Assembly (NCBI RefSeq): GCF_009914755.1
Contig: NC_060940.1
Source: the human T2T-CHM13v2.0 reference genome, Homo sapiens
Length of the DNA: 64,000 bases
Reading direction: 5' to 3' (one strand)
Positions within the stretch are counted from its first letter, which is position 1, and the number at the start of each line of letters is the position of its first letter. Position numbers and translations under genes: made by a program. Positions 1 through 17,173 of the stretch are shown in pieces. The notes beneath the pieces are model-generated. The model was given only the letters and a program-made list of their open reading frames with translations, made no database searches and was not told the DNA's origin.

Positions 1-580
1 TTTAGAGAGAAAACAGATCTATTCACTGGACTCTGAAATGTTGCAAAAATATCCTCTACAGCAACAAATTATCTAGCTATTGTGCCTGCAGGAATATAGA
101 CATTACCTTTATCACAAATTAAAATGAATTTGCCTTAGATTCTCAGCACACAATCATTCCGGAAGTTACAAAGCAAAGCAAACCAAGAGCATATCCTAAC
201 AACTATTTGTTCACTCAACCCGAGGCAGATAAGTGTTTTAAAATTAAATCCTAACTCTTAAGCAACCACTGAGTAAAGAAGAAATCATGGGTTCCAAGAT
301 GGCCGAATAGGAACAGCTCCAGTCTACAGCTCCCAGCATGAGTGACGCAGAAGATGGGTGATTTCTGCATTTCCAACTGAGGTACCAGGTTCATCTCACT
401 GGGGCTTGTCGGACAGTGGGTGCAGCGCACCGAGCATGAGCCGAAGCAGGGCAAGGCATCGCCTCACCCGGGAAGCACAAGGGGTCAGGGAATTCCCCTT
501 CATAGCCAAGCAAAGCTGTGACAGACTGCACCTGGAAAATCAGGTCACTCCCACCCTAATACTGCGCTTTTCCAATGGTC

Positions 581-745
581 TTAGCAAATGGCACACCAGG
601 AGATTATATCCTGCGCGTGGCTCGGAGGGTCCCATGCCCACGGCTCGGAGGGTCCCATGCCCACGGAGCCTCGCTCGTTGCTAGCACAGCAGTGTGTGAT
701 TGAACTGCAAGGTGGCAGCGAGGCTGGGGGAGGGGTGCCCACCAT
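581..745 (-). pseudogene. L1 ORF0 homologue, frameshifted
   Basis: ATG at 745-743: MVGTPPPASLPPCSSITHCCASNERGSVGMGPSEP resembles primate L1 ORF0, then diverges at the 23-bp tandem duplication 619-664. Confidence 0.8.
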
Positions 746-1314
746 TGCTGAGGCTTGAGTAGGTAAACAAAGCAGCCGGGAAGCTCGAACTGAGTGGAGC
801 CCACCGCACCTCAAGGAGGCCTGCCTATAGACTCCACCTCTGGGGGCAGGGCATAGCAGAACAAAAGGCAGCAGAAACCTCTGCAGACTTAAATGTCCCT
901 GTCCGACAGCTTTGAAGAGAGTAGTCGTTCTCCCAGCATGGAGTTTGAGATCTGAGAACGGACAGACTGCCTCCTCAAGTGGGTCCCTGACCCCCGAGTA
1001 GCCTAACTGCGAGGCACCCCCCAGTAAGGGCAGACTGACACTTCACACGGCGGGGTACCCCTCTGAGACAAAACCTCCAGAGGAACCATCAGACAGCAAC
1101 ATTTGCTGTTCAGCAATATTCACTGTTCTGCAGCCTCCACTGCTGATACCCAGGCAAACAGGGTCTGAAGTGGACCTCCAGGAAACTCCAACAGACCTGC
1201 AGCTGAGGGTCCTGACTGTTAGGAGGAAAACTAACAAACAGAAAGGACATCCACACCAAAACCCCATCTGTACGTCACCATCATCAAAGACCAAAGGTAG
1301 ATAAAACCACAAAG

Positions 1315-2329
1315 ATGGGGAAAAACCAGAACAGAAAAACTGAAAATTCTAAAAATCAGAGTGCCTCTCCTCCTCCAAAGGAATGCAGCTCCTCACCAGC
1401 AACAGAACAAAGCTGGACAGAGAATGACTTTGACAAGTTGAGAGAAGAAGGCTTCAGACAATCAAACTTCTCCAAGCTAAAGGAGGAAGTTTGAACCCAT
1501 CGCAAAGAAGTTAAAAACCTTGAAAAAAGATTAGACGAATGGCTAACTAGAATAACCAATGCAGAGAAGTCCTTAAAGGACCTGACGGAGCTGAAAACCA
1601 TGGCACGAGAACTACGTGACGAATGCACAAGCTTCAGTAGCCAATTCCATCAACTGGAAGAAAGGGTATCAGTGATTGAAGATCAAATGAATGAAATGAA
1701 GCAAGAAGAGAAGTTTAGAGAAAAAGGAATAAAAAGAAGTGAACAAAGCCTCCAAGAAATATGGGACTATATGGAAAGACCAAATCTATGTCTGATTGGT
1801 GTACCTGAAAGTGACGGGGAGAATGGAATCAAGTTGGAAGACACTCTGCAGGATATTATCCAGAAGGACTTCCCCAACCTAGGAAGGCAAGCCAACATTC
1901 AGATTCAGGAAATACAGAGACTGCCACAAAGATACTCCTCGAGAAGAGCAACTCCAAGACACATAATTGTCAGATTCACCAAAGGTGAAATGAAGGAAAA
2001 AATGTTAAGGGCAGCAAGAGAGAAAGGTCGGGTTACCCACAAAGGGAAGCCCATCAGACTAACAGCTGATCTCTCAGCAGACACTCTACAAGCCAGAAGA
2101 GAGTGGGGGCCAATATTCAACATTCTTAAAGAAAAGAATTTTCAAGCCAGAATTTCATATCCAGCCAAACTAAGCTTCATAAGTGAAGGAGAAATAAAAT
2201 ACTTTACAGACAAGCAAATGCTGAGAGATTTTGTCACCACCAGGTCTGCCCTAAGAGCTCCTGAAGGAAGCACTACACATGGAAAAGAACAACCGGTACC
2301 AGCCACTGCAAAAACATCCCAAATTGTAA
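1315..2329 (+). pseudogene. L1 ORF1p, disrupted
   Basis: ATG 1315; in-frame TGA at 1492-1494 (probable CGA>TGA); frameshift near 2250; ORF 1600..2385 has ORF1p motifs (RPNL..IGVPE, PRHIIVRF). Confidence 0.92.
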
Positions 2330-2392
2330 AGACCATCGAGGCTAGGAAGAAATTGCATCAACTAACGAGCAAAATAACCAGCTAACGTCATA

Positions 2393-6530
<4,138 letters not shown>

Positions 6531-6759
6531 ACAATGAGAACAGCTGGACACAGGAAGGGGAACATCACACACCAGCACCTGTTGTGGGGTTGGGGGAGTG
6601 GGGAGGGATAGCATTAGGAGATATACCTAATGTAAATGACGAGTTAATGGGTGCAGCACACCAACATGGCACATGTATACATATGTAACAAACCTGCACA
6701 TTGTGCACATGTACCCTAGAATTTAAAGTATAATAAATACATACATATATTTTATATGT

Positions 6760-7130
6760 AATCATTTATAATATATAAATGTATCATTTATAATATATAA
6801 CTGTATCATTTATAATATATAACTGTATCATTTATAATATATAACTGTATCATTTATAATATATAACTGTATCATTTATAATATATAACTGTATCATTTA
6901 TAATATATAACTGTATCATTTATAATATATAACTGTATCATTTATATATGTAACTCTATCATTTATATATGTAACTCTATCATTTATATATGTAACTGTA
7001 TCATTTATATATGTAACTGTATCATTTATATATGTAACTGTATCATTTATATATATAAATGTATCATTTATATATATAAATGTATCATTTATATATATAA
7101 ATGTATCATTTATATATATATAAATGTATC
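6760..7130. repeat. AT-rich minisatellite, 21-22 bp unit (GTATCATTTATAATATATAACT and variants), about 17 copies
   Basis: Directly visible tandem units in three variant blocks. Confidence 0.92.
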
Positions 7131-7413
7131 ATATATATAATATATCATTATATGATACACTATGCTGCACTCCAATATTGGAGAAGTGAATATTTTGAAG
7201 GGATATGTATTTTCAAGGGATATATATATCTCTACATATATAAGGATATAGATATATATATCCCTTGAAATGTAGAGATATATGTGTATATACATATATA
7301 CACCTATACACATATATCTCTACATGTTTCTTTGATAATTTAACTGAAATTTGCTCTTATTTTAAAAATAAACTATAGTTTACCTGTAAATATACAAATA
7401 TTAAAAAAAAAAA

Positions 7414-8610
7414 TCACTTGGGAAATGAGACACTTTGAGACAAATGAAAACAAAACCACAACATATCCAAACTTATGAGATGCAGCGGAAGCAATGCTCA
7501 GAGGCCAATATGCAGCAGAAAATGCCTAAAAAGAAGAAAGCTCTCAAATCGAAAACCTAACTTTATGCCTATAGAACCAGAAAAATAGCAAACTAAACCC
7601 AAAGCCAACAGAGGTATCTAGAGTAATTCATAGAGTCAAAAAAATAGAATGGTGGTTGCCAAGGGCTTTGGGAGGAGCAGAGAGGGACTTGCTATATACT
7701 GGAGACAATTTCAGTTTCATAAGACAAAAAAGTTCTGGAGATAGATGGTGATGAAGGCTGTACAACAATGTGATTGTACTTCATGCCACCAGACCATATA
7801 CTTAAAAATGACTAATGGTAAATTTTATGTTATATTTTACCAGAATAAAAAAAATATACTTAAGAATTATTACTAAAAAAAAAACAAAATTCACCATAAT
7901 AAGAAAACACTTCACACCCACGAGAATGGCTATAATAACAAAAATAGAAAATGACAAGTGTTGGCAAGAGTATGAAGAAACTAGACCCCTCAGGTATTGT
8001 TGGGGGAATATCAAGTGGTACAGCTGCTGCACCACTTTGGCGTTTCCTCAAAAGTTAAACATAGAATTATCATATGATCCAGAAATTCCACTCCTAGGCA
8101 TATACCCAAAAGAAGTGAGAACAAGTCCTCAAACAGATACTTCTTACAAGCTCATGTTCCTAGCAGCATTATTCACAATAGTCAAAATGTGGAAACAACC
8201 CAAATGTCCACCAATGGATGAATGGATAAACTAATTGTTTAATTTATAAAATTATTTAAATTCACCCATAAAAAGTACTGATACATGCTACAACTTGAGT
8301 GACCTCAAAAAATACTAAGTGAAAGAGGCCAGTCACAAAAAGTCACATGTTATATGATTCCTTTATATGAAATGTCCAGAATAGGTTAATCCATAGAGAC
8401 AGAAAGTGGATCGGTGGTTGCCAGGTGATGGAGAAGGAAGGAATGGAGAGCACTTACTTAGTGACTATGGGGCACTATTGTGGAGTGATAAAAAGGTTTT
8501 GAAACTAGCGAGAAGGGTGGTTGCACAACATTGTGAACACATTAACGGCAACTGAACTGTACACTTTAAAATAGTTAAATGTATGTTATCTGAATTTTGC
8601 CTCAAAGAAA
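7414..8610 (+). mobile_element. Old L1M (MB/MC-type) fragments
   Basis: ORF2 remnant TTTGAGACAAATGAAAACAAAACCACAACATATCCAAACTTATG, continuing 241-287; L1M 3'-end motifs (GGTGGTTGCCAGG, GTACACTTTAAAATAGT). Confidence 0.8.
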
Positions 8611-8806
8611 TTAAATCCTAAAATTAATCTAACCATATGCTTGAAAATATTATTTCTGAGCTAAAATAGAGTTATTCTGAGTTATTCTTCCCAACTAGCC
8701 TCCAAGCTCCTTAGGGGCTAACTAATTTTGAGAAATGTGTGCAAATTCCGTCTTCCCAACCTCAACAAACAGCACCACTCTCCACCCAACTGCCCAACCT
8801 GCATAA

Positions 8807-9445
<639 letters not shown>

Positions 9446-10523
9446 TAGTACCACGTGATCCCTCCTTTTTGTTGACTTAACTCCTACTTATCCTCAAGAG
9501 TCACTTCCTTCAAGTTTGAGTTGGATTTTTTCATTACAAGCTCTCAAGAACCATGTTCCTTTGCTTTAAAGCACTTATCTCATTGATACTTTAAAATTCA
9601 TAAATATGCCTGGTTCATTCACTTTTGACTCCTCCATTCGACTGTAAGCTACAGGAAAGCAATGACCACAGTGGTCATTTTCATTTTATCCCCAGAGCCT
9701 AACACAGCACTCAGCACATTAAAAAAAAAAAAAAAAAAAAATCTGTCAACATATGTGTTGAGTTACCGAGACTCTAGCTCCCATATGAAAAAGAAGAAAA
9801 TCTCTTTGAGACTATAAAATAAAGAAAGGAAGATTAAAGATGCAAAGATCAGAACTTTCCCAATATGCAAAATTGAAAACACATGCAAAAGGCCAAAAGA
9901 TACCTCAAGGTCCATCAACATCAAAACACCAAACCTATACACACAGTCATTTACGTGAGACAGACAGAACCCCAATGACATCTCAGATCTACTTCCATCT
10001 GGAAGGATTACAGAAGAGACTATTTGTAATCCTCGATAACAGACACAGCTCTTCTGTGCTGTTTAGCGGTCCTGGTCTAGTCCCATCTCAATCCACTTCT
10101 CTGGTGTGCTCTTAAGGCTTCTTTTGGGCATGTACAAAATGCAAAATTATATATTCTCTCTCCCAGTTAGATAATAAGCTGTCTGAAAGCAAGGACTCCC
10201 CGCTAATCCTTTCTTTTAAATCTTACAGGCATATTTGCTATACTTCAGAGCTAAAATGGAGAAGAAATATGAAGACAGCTACCATACCCAGAAACTAAGA
10301 TGGCAAACTATGGGTGGGAAACAGTCCTATGATGTAGGGAAGAGGCTAAGGAACAAAGAAGGATACCCAAGAGCTTCCCAGAACACTCAGTGCCAGCAGC
10401 AAGGCCAGGCTGAGGTAATGTCCCCACTCCTCCACTAGGATGAGTCTCGAGCCTGGGTACACAAAGCACACACACGCCCTGGACAGAACACCTGTCCCAC
10501 ATGGCCCTTCACAAAGCTCCTAC

Positions 10524-10634
10524 TTGTGGAAAAGATGTCCACAGGGCAGTTTCCGCGCAGCCTGCATGGAGTCCCAACAGATGGCACAGTCGTCATTGTT
10601 GACAGCCAGCTCCTCTGGAGTTGCAACTGCAAAC
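10524..10634 (-). CDS. AMFR: AMFR exon 8 (111 nt), N-terminal half of the RING-H2 finger
   Basis: ccacag|G-FAVATPEELAVNNDDCAICWDSMQAARKLPCGHLFH-AA|gtagga; C-x2-C...C-x-H-x2-H RING-H2 motif. Confidence 0.96.
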
Positions 10635-10847
10635 CTGTGGAAACAAAACAAGCCCAGCAGGAACCTCAGTCAGTTCCACACGCACACTAAACACCACTTG
10701 ATAGACTGCGCCTGTATCACAACACAGTTACAGAGAAAGCATGTTCAGCAAAACATTCTTGATAATCAAAAATATAATTTACCTTCAAAGCCCTTTCAAA
10801 AGTGAGTAACTTATGCACAGGAACTTTGTCTAAATAATGGTTGCTAG

Positions 10848-11145
10848 GCCGAGCGCGGTGGCTTATACCTGTAATCCCAGCACTTTCGGAGGCCGAGGTA
10901 GGGGGATCATGAGGTCAGGAGTTCAAGACCAGCCTAACCAACATGGTGAAACCCCGTCTCTACTAAAAATGCAAAAATTAGCCGGGCGTGGTGACAGGCG
11001 CCTGCAATCCCAGCTACTCAGGAGGCTGAGGCAGGAGACTTACTTCAACCTGGGAGGCGGAGGTTGCAGTGAGCTGAGATTGTGCCACTGCACTCCAGCC
11101 TGGGTGAGTGAGACTCCATCTCCAAAATAATAATAATAATAATAA
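10848..11145 (+). mobile_element. AluS with (TAA)n tail
   Basis: Full dimer; TSD AATAATGG(T/C)TGCT. Confidence 0.9.
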
Positions 11146-11772
11146 TGGCTGCTGTTAGTGAAGACCTCGGAGACCATATCCGGACAAATCAGAGGAGTAA
11201 GGCCCCCAGAGATCCAATCTGTGTCCCTGGCCACAAAGAAGAGATCCAAGCTGTCCCCCTGGGTGCAAAGAGGATACCCATTAATCTTGCACCTCCAGGC
11301 GTGGCTTAGCCCCAGCTTGGCAAAAAAGTGCCTCCTTCAATGAGGTTAAGTATGTGTGTGTAAACATGCATGTGCAAAGAACTGAGACCCACTTTCAGGA
11401 AATGAACAGGGTAGAAGCCCAATGAAGTGTCTATTTGATAATAATGACAATAAAATCATGACAAATAAGAGCCTAATACTGAGCACTATCTGCCCAGTAC
11501 CATTCTAAGTACATGAATTATCTCACCAAATTCTCCCAATAGTTCAGGCAGAAGGTTCTGTTTTCATCCCTAATTTAGAGGTGAAGTAAATTGCCCCAAA
11601 TCACACAGCACCTAAGTGGGGATTCACACCCGGGCAGTCTGACTCCAGAGCCTTTCCTCTCCACCACTCTATTAGCAGTTTACAAACATACATTCTGACG
11701 TACTCTGGGATCTGCTGTTATTAAAAAACTAAAATGAGTAAACTTAGGCAACATCAACTTGTGCTTCCTTAC

Positions 11773-11906
11773 CTGGCCTCCATGTTTCCAACCACACGTA
11801 GATAGTTCTTGTGCCGACGAATTCGACGTTGCACCTCATGAAACAGGTAACGCAGCTGCATAAAGATGACCAGGCTGGCCATGGATAACCAGATGTTGCC
11901 AAATAA
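11773..11906 (-). CDS. AMFR: AMFR exon 7 (134 nt)
   Basis: ctctaag|LFGNIWLSMASLVIFMQLRYLFHEVQRRIRRHKNYLRVVGNMEA-AG|gtaagg; acceptor is the less common AAG. Confidence 0.95.
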
Positions 11907-12825
11907 CTTAGAGAGAAAGAGAATAAAACACACGGTAAAAGCGAACGTGAACTTGCTAGTGATGAAGGCGCAGTATGCAGCGGAAGCTCTTCACTGTTGG
12001 TGATGGTGAACTGCAATGTCTTTCAGAAAGGAAATACACAGATTTATCTCATTACTCTAAACAATGCACATCCTCGTCAGCCTAGGTGCTCCAATGCCAG
12101 TCATCTTTCCTGAGAAACTCATCAGAAATGGAAAAGCTTTATGCAAAAAGATGTCTATCCATGCAATTATAAAACAGAAAATATGAAAATGAACAAAATG
12201 CCCAGAAGAACAGTTAGGTTGTAAACTCATGTAATGTAAAATTATATAGTCATTAATTTCACTTATTATACTATATAACTACATATTACTATTATATTTG
12301 TATATATAACAGTTCTGAAGGTCAATTATGGGAAGATAGTACTAGATAAATGAAAAAAGCAAGATATAACTATCTTTATCAAACTAATACATGATAAAAA
12401 ATATGTAAAATGTGAAATAGCAAACAACCAAATATAATCTAAATAACCCATTGTGGGATGCGGTTTATTAAATCATGGTACAGCTATCTGATGATATTTT
12501 TATCCTGAAAGTATTAAAATGGCTTAGAAGAACTGATGTTAGCACAGGAAAATGTTCATAATACATTAGTTTTTAAAGAACAGAACTATATGTCTAAAAT
12601 ATGATCTCAATTTATGAATGTATGTACTCAAATACATAAAAAGAATCAGTTAAATACAAAATACATAAAAATACAAAATACATAAATACAAAAAATACAT
12701 AAAAAGAAGCAGTTAAATACAAAAAATACAAGCATGAGGAAAAAAAAATTAAAAAAAGAAGATAAAAAATCTTAACAGTTATCTTTGGCCATTTGTTTGT
12801 CCCCTTTTTGAGGGGGGAGGGAGGC

Positions 12826-12990
12826 TTTTTTTTTTTTTTTTGGGACGGAGTGTCACCCTGTCGCCCAGGATAGAGTACAGTGGCGCGATCTCAGCTCACT
12901 GCAACCTCCATTTCCCAGGTTCAAGCAATTCTCTGCCTCAGCCTCCCCAGTAGCTGGGATTACAGGCATGAGCCACCGCGTCCAGCTGAG
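12826..12990 (-). mobile_element. Single-arm-length Alu (arm-recombined or FRAM-like)
   Basis: Right-arm sequence joined directly to the Alu 5' terminus; flanked by GAGGCT on both sides. Confidence 0.75.
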
Positions 12991-13697
12991 GCTCTTTTTT
13001 AAAAAAAAGAATTACATACTTTCTTTAAAAAGTATGTTTTCAAAGTTTCTTTCAAAAAGTAGACTTAGAAATGTGCCACGTCTAGCCCAATAATTTTAAA
13101 ATGCTACTTGCTAGGCTTATAATTTAAATAAATTGCCCACCAACTATTTTAATTCTCACCATTATTAGATCACTGAAGGGCCAACCAATGAAGCAGATCT
13201 ACGACACCGTAACGTCTAACATACCAAAGTAAAATGTAAACAATGATGGTAGTAGGAATGTAGGAATTAAGTGTAAAGACTTTTTTTAATTACAAAGATG
13301 GAAAATGTATAAATCTGTGAAGTAGCTAACACTGCAGGAATTCCCATTACCACCTACAAAGTACCTGCTAAATATTTAAAGCCATAGAAACTATGGGGAA
13401 AGGCAGCTCCTTAATTTCATGCTAAAAGAATAATCTATTGACTTGGTCAGCAGAGTTAACTAAGTCTCCCAGGACAGCAAACACCTCCTGAGTTAGGCAC
13501 CAGCCAAAGCAGTTCCATGGCACTGCCTTACACCCAGTGGCAAAAAGAGGGAGGGTTTGCAGCCACATTCATTTTTAGTCTTTAAGTAGTCCATCCACAT
13601 CTTATTTCTAAAGTTTCATTTTTTAATGAAGAAACCATTACTGTTCCTGATTCTGAAAGGCTTGCCCTCTGTTAGAGCTCCTTCTGAGGAAACTTAC

Positions 13698-13830
13698 CAA
13701 CATGTGAATATGGTGCATGAGGTCCAGGGACAGGAGAGTGAGCTCCATGACAAAGTCTGTGTAATAGACATACGTCCCCTTTCCTTCCCACGTCCCTTCG
13801 TGGTTGAGGTCCCAGAGGTGAATTACGTAT
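13698..13830 (-). CDS. AMFR: AMFR exon 6 (133 nt)
   Basis: ttacag|A-YVIHLWDLNHEGTWEGKGTYVYYTDFVMELTLLSLDLMHHIHML|gtaagt. Confidence 0.96.
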
Positions 13831-13992
13831 CTGTAATGAAGAGAGAAAACACCTTAGTAATTTACTGTTACTACTGAATTTGGTTTAACCATGTTGTAAT
13901 TTAGTCCGATTTTTATATATTTCATACCTGCTACATCTTAAAATCAACTGTATGAGTAGGCCTCCATCACCTCCCTCCCCAATTTCACTCAC

Positions 13993-14033
13993 CGTAAAAT
14001 CACATGAGCAGTCCTCACTGTCACAAGAAGAGA
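13993..14033 (-). CDS. AMFR: AMFR exon 5 (41 nt)
   Basis: tttatag|SLLVTVRTAHVIL-CG|gtgagt; phase continuous with exon 6. Confidence 0.94.
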
Positions 14034-14487
14034 CTATAAAAAAGGATATTTTCTTTTTAGTAAAATGTAGCATTGCTCAGGCCAAACTTTTTATAAAATG
14101 ATAAAAGACAAACATTTCTCAGTTCAATTAAAAAGCAGATTGTTCAAGTTTACCCATTATTTTATTTTCTCTGCTTCAAATTTCTGTAAAATATTTTTAT
14201 GACCTAGAAACCCAACTTTTATTGAGGAAAAGTCCTGTTAATAGGTGACAACCAATTACACCTACCCCCCAGGAATCCCCCTACAATCTTGAGGTTTACC
14301 CTGGTAGTCTGACCATCAATTCTATTTCACACAGCATTAAGTCACTATCACTGATTACTTAGAAGGGTGATGCTGTAACTCCAAGTATAGTTCAGGTACT
14401 GCTATCCTAGACACGAGGACCTGCTCTCTCCCTAGTGCTTTGTGCACTCCCTTTGTCCACCAGCAGAAAAAAGAACGAAAGCAATCA

Positions 14488-15629
<1,142 letters not shown>

Positions 15630-16408
15630 GATATTTTTCATTAAGAAAAAAAGTCCTCTTAATCTAGTAGAATAAAACTATTACATTATTTATGTTTTAG
15701 ATTAAATTCCCATTTGTAAGTGAAAAATATTTTACAGGAGAGAGAAACACTATGAATGTAAGAAATGATTTAGTTTAAAATATCAAATCTGTAATATGAT
15801 AAATTATCTTAAAAGAATAAACAGTAACAAGCTAAAATAAAAGTATATACTATAGTATGAGCTGACGGGCCTAAGTTAAATGTGCTTATTTTTAGGTATA
15901 CCCTTTTCAAAGTTTGGATAATATTATATTAGTTGAAAGTTAGAGAATCAAAAAAAGGCAAACATAAGTATCATTCTAACTTTGCAATAAATCTAAAGCA
16001 AATAAGTCAGTGTAAATGGATTTTTCAACAGATTTTCTGTCAAGACGAAATACGGTTGTATATTTTTCATATACAGAAGTATTCACCTAAGATTACATAT
16101 CTTATTATTTATATTAGGACTATTGTATTTTAATTACAATATTATAATATGATAATTAACATTATGTATTTAAATGTTTCTTTTCTAATTTTACTTACAC
16201 TACTAAATGTACTCAAAAATGAATGCTATCAAACAGAAATAAACTTTAACTCTGCTCTACCAAATTCCCAATGAGTAGTTCAAATGTAGTGTTTTGATAT
16301 TAGCCAATTAGCTTCAGTTTATCTAATATCTCATTTTTTAATTAATAATACTAATTATGGGTAAGATAAAAGTATTTTGCCTTTGGCCTGAAGAAAAAGC
16401 AAATATAG

Positions 16409-16714
<306 letters not shown>

Positions 16715-17020
16715 TGAAAAATTTTTAAATCTTAAAATATTCATGAATAGACCAGATTTTTCCTTCAAAATGATGAGTACAGTTTATTCATTATTTTGTA
16801 AAATCTTTATACCCTACGTAAAGAAAGAGTTACATAAAATACCACACAAAAGCATTCAGTACCAGTACCCAACACACAAAAAGGAACTGAAATGCTTGTT
16901 AAAATGAAAGACCAAATATCCACCTGTCATTTCATGGGTGAAAATAACTTGTCAAACATCCAGCTTCCTTGAAAACAGACAGAAATACAATCTGAGCAAG
17001 TCCTGCGTCCAGTATCTCAC

Positions 17021-17173
17021 CTCTGCAGCCATGAAAGCCAAGGTGTGCATTCCGTGGGTGTAGCCGGTGATGGAGCAGACGGCCGCCAGTCCACAGCAGG
17101 AAAGCAGCATGGCAACCAACAGGGACAGGACTCGACCGTGGCTGCTCATCGGCGTGGTGGGCGAGAAGGAAAG
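17021..17173 (-). CDS. AMFR: AMFR exon 4 (153 nt)
   Basis: tttcag|LSFSPTTPMSSHGRVLSLLVAMLLSCCGLAAVCSITGYTHGMHTLAFMAAE|gtgag; contained in ORF 16952..17203. Confidence 0.96.

Noticed and set aside
6760-7130. CRISPR-like array
   Set aside because: Head-to-tail units with no unique spacers, in a human intron; it is a minisatellite.
11930-12020. CpG-retaining intronic stretch with TGATGA upstream of AMFR exon 7 as a possible C/D snoRNA
   Set aside because: The C-box is on the strand opposite the host gene, and no paired D-box or terminal stem is evident.
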